Assembly (NCBI RefSeq): GCF_030144855.1
Contig: NC_082708.1
Coordinates: 84,134,001 to 84,198,000 of the forward strand
Direction: 5' to 3'
Length of the DNA stretch: 64,000 nt
Source of the DNA: Hypanus sabinus
Lineage: Eukaryota
Shown piece by piece: positions 51,755 to 64,000 of this stretch. The stretch's first letter is position 1. Each line of letters starts with the position of its first letter. The notes beneath the pieces are model-generated. The model saw nothing but the letters and a program-made list of their open reading frames with translations, did not search any database and was not told where the DNA came from. The position numbers and the translations under genes were made by a program.

Positions 51755-52612
51755 TTGATAAACTTTTAAACCATTTTTACCCTCCGTCCACACTAAAACA
51801 GTGTTTTCATCCCTCGAAACCAGAGCTTTTCAGTAACGCTCTCCAGGGTGTGTAATTTTGAAAACGCCGCTCGGGCAGATCAGTGTGGACGGGGTAACTG
51901 GAGAAATCTGAAAACGCTGTCAGACGGCAGCGCGCCATTTCATTGTTTTCTTGAACGCAAGCTAACAATTTCAGAACAGACGGCGAGACTGAAACCAGAA
52001 GAGTTAGAAATGTGCTCACCAAATATTTTGCCCCACAACTTACTGAATAAATAAGTATACTCACTTTGCCCTATTTTCTGTCCCTGCTTGTATGAAGGTG
52101 GTTTACCTATTTATGCAAGTACTTCTCTGACAATAGATATGTAACAGCCTAATGTAAATTTGTATAGAAATACAAGATAATACTGATGCAAACATGTTTT
52201 ATACATTTAACAAGGGGCTTTATTAATGCAACTGAGTTAGTCAGTTTTTCAATGTGCATTGTCAGACGGGTCATACTGTCCGAGAACTCCCTGTCTGTTG
52301 CCTCCATACGCTTCAGTATTTGTTTTTTTTTAGCTTTTATGTCCTCCTGTGCGAGAGCCAACAGCTTTCCGTTGTTTAAGTTTTTCTAGTCTGTAACTGC
52401 ACAAACATGCACTGTCTTTCACAGCAAGATGCGACACCAAACATGTCACTTGTTTTCGGTAGTTGTGTCCTGCACATGCGCAGTAGGAGATTCACCAAAA
52501 TACCCGTTTCAATGCGAACCGAGATATTTTCAAAAACGCATAGTGTGGACGCCGATTGTTTTTAAGCGAAACCGGCATTTTCAAAATTATCCGGTCTAGT
52601 GTGGATGTAGCC
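51755..52612. mobile_element. Non-autonomous PIF/Harbinger-like element
   Basis: Right end ctagtgtggatgtagcc followed by TTA; subterminal cgtccacact / gtgtggacg / ttttgaaaacg repeats; coiled-coil ORF fragment 52149-52361. Left end eroded. Confidence 0.6.
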
Positions 52613-53089
52613 TTAGTGTCTGAGCAAATTTTATTCATTTGCATTCAAACAAAAGAACACAGCAGGATAAATTCCTCAGTTGTTAACAATTAGGAACTAA
52701 TAAACAATTTTACAATACTGTAGAAGAACTGATAGTGTTCTAATTTGTTCTGTATTTAATTTAAATGTGTAATTTGCTACTCAGTTAAATGGTACTTAGT
52801 CTTTTTTCTATCTTTTTAACTATTTCCATGAAATTTCAGCTAATTGGAGCAGCTGTTTAATTGGGCCAAAACATACTGGTCTCACCGTGCCCCAATTAAC
52901 TAGATTCTACTGTATATGCAATAGCTTATGTTTGTCCTTAACTGGGGCAAGCTAACTGACACTGTATGTGTATTATTAAAATTTATATACAACAACCTGT
53001 AACTTTACTGTACCGCTTCTTTTTAATCAGACTGCTCTTCCTTAAGGGTATCTATTTACTGCTTTTTAAATGATATTTGGTTGTCATCT

Positions 53090-53400
53090 ATGACTCAGTG
53101 CTGGCAATGTCAGTTATGTATCATGGATGAAATACATATTCTGGAGATCTGAACATGTTTTCTACACTGGCACTTCAATCTAATACACTGTAAGAATGCT
53201 GCCCTGTTGGAGATGCCGATTTTTCTTGTTAAATTAAACACCCTTCTTCCCTCCACAGTCTGTGAAGATGTACAGGGCAATTTTGCATTTGCAAGCTGAC
53301 ATTTATCCTTCCACAGCAGTACCATAATGCATCACTTGGTGAGTTTCATACTGTAGTTTGTAGAAGCTCAGTATATGTAAAATACATCATTGTCAGCCTT
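53090..53400 (+). mobile_element. Old SINE with a Deu-domain-like core
   Basis: tgctgccctgttggagatgccgatttt resembles the DeuSINE core GTGCTGCACTGTCGGAGGTGCCGTCTTT as I recall it. Confidence 0.4.
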
Positions 53401-53959
53401 TCATTTGTATGACCATGATCACAGTTTAAAAATATGAATATAGACAGAACAAGCTGGAAGAGTTGTCAACCAGGCAATATTTGTGGAGAGAGAAATGAGA
53501 GTGCTTCAGGTCAATTACCCGTCGTCAGAACAAGCAAATATTAGATATAAAGATGCAGAGCATGAGGGCAGTAAAGAAGGTAGACTGTGATATAATGAGT
53601 AGGAGAAATTAGAACACAAGAAAAGAGAATCAGGTGAAGGCCATTTGGCCCTCAGGCCTGCTCTGCCATTCAATAAAATCCCGGCTTTTTCGTACCTCAG
53701 AATCACTTTCCTATATCAACTGTATCCCTTGATTTTCTTCAATTGAATACAAAAATAAATTTGAAGCAAGTCAAAAGGAAGTGGGAATAGGGCAAGTACA
53801 AAATAGGAGAGATGGGTCCACAGAAGCTGGCAAGGACAGCCGCTGGATCAGACTGATGAAACATTAACTATTTTTTCTCTTTACACACACAGTCAAATTT
53901 CCAGCATTTTCAATTTCTAAATAAGATTTCCATCACCTGCAGTATTTTACAGCATTATT

Positions 53960-54590
53960 CACAGAAATTACTAAATGTAGACTAGGGATTGGAAGGTTGT
54001 AGTCTGCCTAGTTGAAATATGGATGTTTTTACCAGGTTGCCTTGAAATATTTGGGAAAAGATGAGGATAGCAAGGTCAGAGTGGGAATTGGATAGAGAAG
54101 CAAATTGGAATCAGAATCAGGTTTAAGACTAGCGGTATATGTTGTGAAATTTGTTGGCTTTGTGGCAGCAGTACAATGCAATACAGAATTGAGAAAAAAA
54201 TGTGAATTACTGCAAGTATATATATAAAATAGTTACACTAAGTAGAACAAAAATAAAATTTAAAAAGTAGTGAGGTAGTCTGTGGATCAGAGCTACGCAT
54301 AAACTGAACACAAGTGTTTCATAAAGCAGTGCCCAATATATATTTGGTCTCTCTGATGTAAAATTTACCATATTATGAATAGTCAATACAGTGTACTAGA
54401 GTGAAAGTGCAAGCTAATTGCTACTTCATACCCTTTGGTGCCAGGCATAATGGGAAGAGGTAACAAAACAGATGTTTGACCTCTTGTAGCTGCCTGAGGA
54501 ATATCTATGGAAAGAAAAAGGAACCAGACAACCACAAAGGGAATCAACTCCTTGGAACAATGAAATGAATATAGATTGGTGATGGCATCA
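53960..54590 (-). mobile_element. Degenerate PLE GIY-YIG region, with a Rex tail inserted at ~54110-54280
   Basis: Reverse strand resembles YCI..YIGETK..LG..F.EH; aatcagaatcagg tail. Confidence 0.45.
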
Positions 54591-55484
54591 TGATGGAAGA
54601 AACTTAAGCTGAATATAGAGACTTCATATTGAAGGGGGTATGACTTAGTTGCCTACAAAATATCTTGGATAGTCCCAGAATATGGAAGGTATGACATAAA
54701 TTTGTGGATTTATTGTTTCCTTCATCCGACACTAAGCACTTGAACCTAACAATTATCCATTAGCAGCATCACTAAAATGGATCACCTGCTCATTTTCCCT
54801 GCTTGGGTTGTTTGTTGGACCTTGATGCTCACAAAATTCTTTCTCCTGTCAGGTTAGATCTCTGTTTTTGTCCATCGTGAAATGGATTCACAATATTCAT
54901 AAAATAACCAAGATACAATTACAGGGGTAGATTTCAATTGTCAAACTTACCACTCATTTTGCACATTATTGTAATTGTTTTAAGTACAATAAATACTCAA
55001 ATTTATCGTATCCTCAATTGCCTAAGTAGAAATTTAGGTTGCTAAGTTGTCATGAAATACTTCAGCCCAAAAATGATATATGTGCAATGTGAATGCTAAT
55101 TACATAGTGAAAATAATGAAAAACAATGATGATACCGCAGAGATTTAAATCATATTGAGAAGCAGAAAATCAAAGAATGATGTATGTGTGAGTTTCTTCA
55201 AAGCAAAAATATACTTCAGCTGAGAACACAGAGAGAAGTGGCTGTCAACCATCATGATGCATATAGCATATAAAACACTGATAGAAAATCAACAAAATCT
55301 TTGCCTTGTTCTTAAGAAACACTGAAGTTATGGCCCAATCCAAGGACATGAATAATCTAACTACAAGTTAGCTGTAGAATCTCAGTTATTTCTGGTAAGT
55401 ATTCCTTAAGTCATTGTAACAATAAGGAGTTATTAACAAGTGAGAATTCATCTATCACTTCAGACCTTCTCCCTCATTCAAGTG

Positions 55485-55730
55485 AATGTCAGCTGTGCCT
55501 CAATTGTTGGAAGCTCTTGCTATCAGTTAGTTGATTATATGATCAATCTGCACTGTATAATTGTACATGTAATAAAACAGGAACTTTGCTGCGATATTGA
55601 GAGAATGTTATAACTTGGCTGTCTTTCTGACATGTCAGACTAATACAATATTAGTCTTTTCAAACAGATGTAGAGGACCCTATAACACTAACTGTGCAAG
55701 AGTTCTTGCCAGGGTTCTGGTCAACATGTA
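55485..55730 (+). mobile_element. Old SINE with a Deu-domain-like core
   Basis: gatgtagaggaccctataacacta..gagttcttgccagggttctggtcaacat resembles the Deu domain as I recall it. Confidence 0.4.
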
Positions 55731-57861
55731 CTGGTAAACTGAATTATGCCCTCAGGGAAATACTAGCTAGATTTGTGAAAGAGGGAGAGAGAGGGGGGCA
55801 ATGTCGATGTATGGAACGCACAGGTCAGGTGTTAAACAACTGATCTCTCAATCTATACTCGACTCAACACTGAGTCCAGGATTTTTCCTCGTCTTACTGA
55901 GTGGAGGTACTGGCTTACTTCATGTGGAGGACTATGGCCGGCTGGGTCTGGTAAACGCCTTTGTGAAACTATAGAATTGTGTGTCTGTGTTGCTTAATGC
56001 TGGGATCAGAAGAAGATCATGGTGCTGCCCTGGGATCTACTGCTGACAACAGTGAGGTTATCCCTGGATTTGCACTTTAGCCTACTGCACCAGACACAAG
56101 ACCATGTGGTGTTGCCCTTTAGCCTACAGCACCAGACACAAGACCATGTGGTGTTGCCCTTTAGCCTACTGCTGTACACCACAAGGTGACGTGGCCTAGC
56201 TGTTTTCCCCTCTAGCTTGCTTAGGACACCAAATATGGAAAAGTTGAACAAACCATACCCATTAGAATCAAAAATTAAGAGGGTGCGTGTAGTGACCATA
56301 AGCGGAGTAATTGCTGTCCGGAGGGATGGCTCTCTGGTCAAGTAAGGAGTCTTCAAACGAATACCTGGGTCTGTGTCTTGTGTAGGAAAGGAAATTCCCT
56401 AACAATCTGGCGATGAGGATGGGATCCCTATTTCCAGGATCCAACTGAGCTCCGACCGAGTAATTGGCCCCTCGGAAAGGAATCGAACTGCTTCCCATGA
56501 GACTTCCCTTAAAGATGGGAATCAAGACCAGGGTGAGGGCAAGGCGTGAGGAAGGTCCGGTCCAGGAATATTGTTTCCACCAGACAGAAGAGAAGGGCTG
56601 CCCAATAGCACCACAAGAGACGGGACCTCTCAATTCCCCCGGATAATATGTTCCATTTTAAAACCCTGGACCTCGGCTGAGGAACGCAATATGATCGGCA
56701 ACGCCCGATTCACTGAGAAAATCTTTAGCATTTCATAACTGGCTTACTCAGACCTGTCAAATACTTAGCCCGCTGCCTGGCGATTTACGGGCGCTCCTCA
56801 GTATCCTACACAGAACTTCATGGACTGGGGCGGATGCTCGCCAATCTACTCCCGAGGGAGACTGACAACCGGCAGTCGGCGCGGACGTCCGACAGGCTCT
56901 GGGAACAGGGAGTGCGAAATTAAAGCCCTATTGTTGCCACAACCTGACAACATGGGGACTTCAGAGAAGTTATCGCCACTGACTTGGTAGCTCGATTCAA
57001 AGAAACCTGGGAATCAAATGCGGGATTACTCCTGGACCAGCAAAATGCCCTGTTGGCTGTACAAACCTTCCTGAACTGCTTCCGACCTGAGGCCTCCCAC
57101 GCCTTTAAATCTGAACTGGCAACCCCAACCCCGAACGAAATGGGCTGTTTAAGATTTCAGGAGAAAAGGGACAGTATATATAAAAAAAGGGGTAGAGGAA
57201 TCGTTTGTGATACACAATAGCTCTCGGGTTAGCCCACTAGGACGCCAGGCTTTGTGCAAACTGAACGCCATAATCCATTGCACTCCCGACGGATTGTACC
57301 TCCAGCAGCCTAGTGAAAAGGTGTCCGAGCTTCGCTCTACGATGCTCCAAAAAAAAACTCGACCAACAGAAACGCAGACGGCTTTATACGCCCGGGATAT
57401 AGAGGGACTCCTCTGGGGAAATTGGCTGTGGCAGGAATAATGGTGATAGTAGGGGATTGGGGATTCTTTGGAGATTTTGCCTGAAAACTGGCAACTGCAT
57501 TGCACTGTCCCGCCACCTTCCGAGACCCCGATCCCAATAGTGATTGTCATAAAATGGCTTCCGAAAATGGGGGCACATTAGGGTCTATTTCCTTTAGTGG
57601 GGTCATAGGTTTTGACCCAAGGGATGAGCTGCGGAAGTCCATTTAGACCCTGGCCTTCCTGTGTCTCTTGAACTCTGAATCCTCCTTTCATGCAGAAGGA
57701 TTTGGGGCCCCTGGTGAAGAGTCTTGTGGTCGAGCTGCCCGTATGTTGGGAACCCGGGGTTCACTTCCTGAACCCCAAAACAGGCGTTATTATGATTACG
57801 CCCATGCGAGCTGAAGGGACATTTCTTCCTCATCATCCTCCACCCCAGCCCCAATGGTCAG

Positions 57862-58109
57862 TGTAATGTATTGTGTGAGTATTCGTAGGTCAGAGTGCGT
57901 ATGACATCAGAACGGGGGGGGGGGGGTGTTAAAGAAAACAACACACACAAAATGCTGGTGGAACACAGCAGGCCAGGCAGCATCTATAGAGAGAAGCACT
58001 GTCGACGTTTCGGGCCGAGACCCTTTGTCAGGACTAAATGAAAGGGAGGTCTGTTGAATAAACATGGTTGTTCAATCTACAGTGGTGTCTGAGTCACATC
58101 AATACTACA
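57862..58109 (+). mobile_element. Solo LTR inside ERV3
   Basis: TGTAATGTATTG...CAATACTACA; 5-bp TSD gtcag at 57857-57861 and 58110-58114; AATAAA ~58057. Confidence 0.85.
58001..58034 (-). ncRNA. Minimal type-I hammerhead ribozyme motif with one core substitution, in a PLE pLTR fragment (~57935-58036)
   Basis: Minus strand GUC-CUGACAA-AGGGUCUCGGCCC-GAAAC-GUC-GAC versus the core CUGANGA...GAAA...NUH. Confidence 0.7.
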
Positions 58110-59554
58110 GTCAGGATCTGCCGACATCCACCAATTGAACCCAGAATTATGGGCTCAGCATAAAAATCACGTTGGCTTTGTCAAGCCAAACCCCGACCCC
58201 CATTAGATGACTTTGAAGCAGACTAGCCCCCTACCTTCCGTTCGACAGATCCACCTATCGCCAGATATCCTGCAGGGCATCAGGCCAGTGATCGGGATCC
58301 AACTACAACAAGGGGTTCCTCGGCCCACTCAGAGTCCTTGCAAAACATCTATATTGCCAGTCCCTAAACCGAGAAGTCCTGAGGAATGGTGGTTCCTACA
58401 GGACCTACGGGCCATTAATCAAATCGTCCAACTGACTTCACCTGCTGTGCCGGTCACCGATGTTATACTGGCTTCCATTCGCTCCCAAAGCTGCAGATAC
58501 ACAGTAATCAACCTGTGCTCTATCTGCCCCTGCACGAAGACAGCCTTTACTGACAATTGCCAACAATATCGACTTGCCCGGGGGTACACGGAAAGCCTGG
58601 CTGTGTATGCTGCTGTGGTCAGAGACGATCTGGCTGATGTACCCCTCTCTGTTACATCCCATCGGCGACTTCCTCGTGGATACATGGAAAACACTGCTAA
58701 AGTTGCAAAGTAAACATAACCTTTCTTTTAGAGAGGGCCAGCCCTAAATCCTTCCACCTCAATGCCACTCCCTGATCCTCTCGAATCCCATGATTGCCTG
58801 AAAGTAGCCGAGATAGTCATGCCGCCCAGGCCGGATTTGCTCGCTACCTCCTGGATAATCCCAATTCTACTCTCTTCACGGACGGCTTCTCCTGCAAGCC
58901 AAATGCTCATATGATCCAGGCAGGCTTTGCGATTGTCACACCCTTCCAGACACTGGAGGTAGTGGCCCTTTTCCTCGGCACACCTGCTCAAGGCAGCTGA
59001 GCTATTCGGGTGAATCCAGGCCTGTGTCTTGGTCGCCGGGAAGGAACACCACCAATATTTATGGTGTCTCTCATTACACCTTGGGGGAGAGGGCGGTACA
59101 CAGCTTCAGGGCCCCGTGCAAATATAGGGGATTTATTTCATCTGGGAATCCTATCCAACAGGTCAGTGCCAGTTTGATTGCTAACCTGCTACAGGCCGTA
59201 CAGTTGCCAAATAGTTTAGCAATAATCGTGTGTGATGCGCTGCAGATCCTGTATCACAGCGCAACGTGGCAGCAGAGTGGGAAACGTGCACCTGCAGTTT
59301 CCCATCCCAGCTGTGGCTAAGGTTACACCTCCCACGGGACCCACTTTAGAGGGACTAGTAGCGCCCGAAAATCTGCCCCGCCACTGGAAAAAAACTTGAG
59401 TGGGACAAGGGCAGATGTGTTCCCGACTCCAAAGTCATTAGAAGTACTTGGAGACCGTGGTAAAAGTATAAAGATGAAGGCCTCGCGCTCATCAGCGCAT
59501 TCCATTTTGTGAGCAACGCAGCATGTCAGGCAGCAACTGTAGAGGGAAATATTT

Positions 59555-60070
59555 TCGTTAATGTTCTGTACCAAGACCCCTCATCAGGACTGGAAAGAAA
59601 GGAAGTAGAAGCAAGAATGTGTGTGTGTGTGTGTGTGTGTGGGGGGGGGGGGGGAGGGGGAGGGTTGTGAGGTGCATGCGCACAAGCTTGCAAATTATAG
59701 GCAAGACCAGGTGTGGATGAAAGTGGGTGGGTGGCGGAGAAGGGCATGAATCAAGAAGCTGGCAGGGGATAGATGGAAGAAATAAAGGGCAGAAAAGAGG
59801 AAAAAGGCATTTTGAAGAAAAGCACGGAAGAAAGGGAAGGAGGTGGGGAACCAGAGGGAGGTGATGTCCAAGTGTGGAGAAGAGATCGAGTGAGAGGGTG
59901 ACCAGAATGGAGAAAGGGTAAAGAGGGAAGGGTGGGGAGGATAGTAATTACCAGTGGTTAGAGAAATTGATGCTCATGCCATTAGATTAGAGGCTACCCA
60001 GACAGAATGAGGTGTTGCCTGGTTTGTACTTATTGTGACAGTAGAGGAAGCCAGAATGGGAATGGCAGAA
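59555..60070 (-). mobile_element. PLE 3' end and pLTR with a (TG)n / G-run
   Basis: Reverse strand WVASNLMA region (LGSLQP.GM-like) and gtcctgatgaggggtcttgg. Confidence 0.75.
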
Positions 60071-60209
60071 CTACTCTGTAGTGCACTTTTGCTCTTCCTG
60101 CCACAGAGGGCAGAATAGGCCAGTGGCCATCCTGTTAAAGTTTGAGTCCCTGTGTTCTGATGGAATTCAGCACCACCTTTAATCCTCCAGCACAACCCTT
60201 TGTGAATCA

Positions 60210-60600
60210 ATCTCAGAACTGTCACAAAACCTATGATCTACCAGGTAGAATTATTTCTGCTCTCTTATCTGCTTCTCAGACGTGAACTGCCCACAGCAGG
60301 CATCTGAAGGTACTGGAAGAATGCCACCATAAATTCAAAGGAAGGCCAAGTGAACTGTCACTGTACTCTCCATGGTCATGATCCCCAGTGATTACCTTAA
60401 TCACATGCTTGACAGTGCACTCCTGTAGCAGACCCTGTTCTGAAATCCGTCATGGGAAGTGATTAGAAGGGAGACAGAGTAAAGGATTCAAGGATATACT
60501 CTGTGCCTCTGAGAACTGTAGCACCTCCTCAAATCTGCCTCATAACCTCTCACAGTAGAGAAGGAAGGAGCGCTCAGGATGGTATTGCAAATCTTGAGGC
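60210..60600 (+). mobile_element. Degenerate RTE LINE remnant
   Basis: SQT*TAHSRHLKVLEECH resembles the RTE motif SETWT.Y.RHLK.LE..H. Confidence 0.45.
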
Positions 60601-61703
60601 TATGCATTTGGAGTACACTGAGACTCCAAAGACATTCTCATACAAAACTATTTACGGAAATGTCTCTGCTTCCCACATTAGTCTTAAAGATACCTTAGAA
60701 TGAAGCAAGTCAACCTCCATCTCAAGAAATTGTCTAAGAAGATGAACTTGTGATCTGAAATATCAGTCGAAATTCTGAATTTCCACTCTTCAAACCAGTA
60801 ATGGCCATATTTGAAAGCCATGCTAAAATTAAATAATTTTAGATGCTCTGTGCTTGGATATCTCAGCATCTTATGGTAGTTTTATTCAGTAATGAAGTTG
60901 GCGATGCTTGGAAACTGAATACCAAAAGTAAGAACCAGTAGAAAGATTTGAATTTGCCATCATTTTTAGTAATTAAGGGATCCTACCTCTAAATAATATC
61001 AACCTGAGCATTACTCAACTTAAAACACAGCATGCCAGTGGAAAAAGATTTGCCTAGTCCACAAAAAGAAATTAATTGTTAGAGGCAGGCTGAGAATGAC
61101 AATGGAATGCTTATAATTTGAACACAGTCTTTTTGCAAGAGTTATTTAAAACAATCATGGCAGCATATACAGGCAGAACTCAAGTCCTCACATTGCAAAA
61201 ACTTATATGAAGCTTTACAGAGTAAATTAGAAGTAGTACGTTAATTTCTGGTAACTATACCACACAAAATTATAAATCAAATGGAAAGGGTTTGCATTTA
61301 TTTGGCACCATTTATGACAGGACAATTCCCTGAAGAGATTTAAAGTCAATAATGTCCATTTTTAAGATATAATGGTTCCTGTAATAAAAAAGAAACATTA
61401 AAAGACTGCAGTGAAAACCAAACAAATTGATCCAAATGTAAAAGCAATAAACTTTAAGCAAGAATCACAAAACTATGAGGCAATTTTTAAATATACATGA
61501 AATATTAAATGTTATTGATGAAGTAGCTCCATTCCATTATTTCAAAGTATTACCAAAGGGCATTTTAAACAAGTATTCGGAATAATGGCTCAAAGGCTCA
61601 TAAACATTGGAACTAATCTATCAAGAAATATATGAGAATGAATTACAGAGGGAATTCAAAGTGCAGTTGAATACTAACTTGAAGGATTTGGAATCTTGAG
61701 CCT

Positions 61704-62125
61704 TGTCATTCGGTTTGGACATGGCCCAAGTGCCGAGCGAAAGACACTGAAGCGGGTCAATAGTTCACAGACTTTAATGCGAGCGGAGTTAGAGGGAAAA
61801 GAAAACAATAAATGCTAGGCCAAGCAGGGTCGTTAACTAAAACTCTCAAATGGAAAATGAAGTCTTCACTGCGGCTGAAGGGAATAATTAAATATAAAAC
61901 AAATACTGCTAGTCTTCAGTCAGTTGACTTTACAGTCCAATTTCTCATGCAAGGCCAAAGGCAAGCAGGCAGAGAAATGTTGCTGTGCTGTGTCCAAGTC
62001 TTGACAAGCACTGCGATGAAAAGAAAGTTAAATAGTATCACAATAAAATAATAATTAGCTGACGTGTGCACATTCATGAGTGCAATTACCGTATCTGCTG
62101 CGCTGCTGAATCTGTGATTATGACA
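61704..62125. mobile_element. Solo LTR (422 bp)
   Basis: TGTCAT...ATGACA; 5-bp TSD agcct at 61699-61703 and 62126-62130. Confidence 0.9.
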
Positions 62126-62314
62126 AGCCTATCTTAATAGGTTGATTGGCTCTTTTTGCACCTACCTTTTACACTTCCTTGAATTGGAAGCATTGGACAG
62201 CATTCTACAGCATTGGACAAACTTATTCAGGTTTTCTCCCTGCTAGTTTAGCAAGTATTTCAGACATTTTAATAAAAATGCCTCCATTGTATTCAGGAAT
62301 TTCGTCATAGAATC

Positions 62315-62450
62315 CTAGTCCTGATGAAAGGTCTTGGTCCAAAATGAACACTGTTTATGCCCCTCCATAGATGCTGCCTGACATACAGAGTTCCTCCAGC
62401 ATGTTGTATGTGTTTCTCCAGACTTCCAGCATCTGCAAAATCTCATGTGT
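62315..62450 (+). mobile_element. PLE pseudo-LTR with a decayed hammerhead
   Basis: gtc-ctgatga-aaggtcttggtcc-aaaa, followed by catagatgctgcctg..ttccagcatctgca. Confidence 0.75.
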
Positions 62451-62744
62451 TTATGCCATGCTCATCAAAACCTGATGGGGTGAGTATCAGTAAATGAATA
62501 CTCAGGGCATTTGAAGAGTTTGTAGGTTGGGATGTGATAGTGAATAAGCCTTTCTTCCTCCTGGAGGTGTAAGATATTTGAATATAAACACCTTCCAAGA
62601 CCCAAAAATGGACGTATGTGAATGATATCATGCTGGACAACACCCTAAACATCTAGTTTTGCCTTGCTCTCACTTGAATTTTAAGAAATCTTCAAAATTT
62701 TGAGAACCAGGCAATTACCCCTCTCTGTTGTATTGTTCTTAGAA

Positions 62745-64000
62745 TGATAGAGTCACAGTGAAGTACAGCACAGAAACAGACCCTTCAGCCCATCTAGTCC
62801 ATGCTGAACCATTTAAACTGCCTACTGCCATCGACCTACACTGGGACCACAGTGGTGCAGCTCATTCCACACTCTCATAATCCTCTGAGTGATGCAGTAA
62901 CCCCTCATGCTACCCTTAAACTTTTCACTTTTCACCCTTATCCCATGACCTCTGGTTATAGTCCCAACCAAGCTCAGTGGAAAAAGCCTGCTTCTACTAA
63001 CCCTATCAATACCCTTCATAATTTTGTAAACCTCATTCTAATCTTCTCTCAATCTTCTACATTCTCAGGAATAAAGTTCTAACCTATTCAATCTTTCCTT
63101 ATCACCCAGTTTCTCCAGACCTGGCAAAATCGTAGTAAATTTTATCTGTACTCTTTTGACCTGATTTACTTCTTTCCTGCAGGTAGGTGACCAAAACTGC
63201 ACACAATACTCCAAATTAGGCCACACCAATGTCTTATACAACTTCAATTTAACTTCCCATCTCCTGTACTCAATATATTGATTTATGAAGATCAATGTGT
63301 CAAAGCTTTCTTTACAACATTGTCTGCCACTTTCAAAGAATTATGTACCTGTATTCCCAGATTCCTTTGTTCTACCACACTCCTCAGTGCTCTGCCATTC
63401 ACTGTGTAAGACCTTCCCTGCTTGGTCTGCGAGAAATTCCACCTGCCATTTTTCAGCTAATTTTTCCAGCTGATGCAGATCCCTCTGCAAGCCATGATAG
63501 CCTTCCTCACTCTCCACCACAGCCCAATCTTGGTGTCATCCACAAACTTACTGATACAGATGCAGAAAGTTTATTCCAGATCATTGATATAGATGACAAA
63601 GAACAAAGGACCTAATCCCTGTAGCACTCCGCTAGTCACAGGCAGAGAAGCAACTGTCTACTCCCACTCGCTGGCTTCTCCAACAAAGCCGACTTACTCA
63701 TCCAATTTACTATCCCATTTTGAATGCTGAGCATCTGAACTTCCTTGACCAATCTCCCACGTGGGACCTTGTCAAGTGCCATGCTGAAGTCCAAGTGGAC
63801 AACATCCTCTGACTTGCCTTCATCCACTTTCCTGGTAACTTCCTCAAAATACTCTGTAAGATTGGTTAAACATGACCTACCATGCACAAACCCATGCTGA
63901 CAATCCCCAATCAGTCCATGTCTATCCAAATATTTATATATCTGGTCTCTAAGAATACCTTCCAGTAAATTTCACACTACTGATGTCAAAGTCACCAGTC
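62745..64000 (-). mobile_element. CR1 LINE (runs off the window end)
   Basis: QHGFVHGRSCLTNL.EYFEEV, LEYCVQFWSP, TRGHGIRV..QRIMRVWNEL. Confidence 0.9.

Larger units (their letters stand above)
55800..59300 (+). pseudogene. gag-pol: Endogenous retrovirus remnant 3 (leader, gag, protease, RT, RNase H)
   Basis: Capsid-like FKPWTSAEE and RFKETWESNAG..FLNCFRP; protease LGRQALCKLNAIIHCTPDG; RT LWAQHKNHVG, SPCKTSILPVPKP, LQDLRAIN; RNase H LFTDG..AGFAIV, LLQAVQLPNSLAII. 42-bp leader duplication at 56075-56172. Tentative tRNA-Ala PBS-like gtggaggtactgg at 55901-55913. Confidence 0.85.

Noticed and set aside
60098-60115. CTCF site (gccacagagggcag)
   Set aside because: Several mismatches in the 5' core; not distinguishable from chance.

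Overview
Repeat-dense vertebrate DNA. The mix of CR1, Rex1/Babar, Penelope-like, L1, RTE/BovB, Tc1, hAT, Harbinger and SINE fragments suggests a cartilaginous fish (probably a ray), but this is inferred from repeat content only. I cannot support any intact host protein-coding gene, tRNA, rRNA or CRISPR. Nearly all ORFs in the track are decayed transposon or retroviral fragments, or repeat artefacts. Main structures: (1) three decayed class-I (epsilon/gamma-like) endogenous retrovirus remnants between 38.9 and 59.3 kb. One keeps pol, env, a polypurine tract and a very large 3' LTR (46233-50801), whose U3 holds a 55-copy 48-bp tandem array; most units carry a one-mismatch estrogen-response palindrome plus a CCAAT box. 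(2) Many Penelope-derived pseudo-LTRs with minimal hammerhead-ribozyme motifs, including two fold-back insertions, each with a 14-bp target-site duplication (TSD). (3) A Rex1 copy whose RT deletion is patched by an inverted 27-nt copy of DNA from 1.5 kb away. (4) A 5'-inverted L1 and a BovB copy. (5) A decayed hAT transposase, plus many nested insertions that give relative ages. Coordinates without a stated TSD are approximate.
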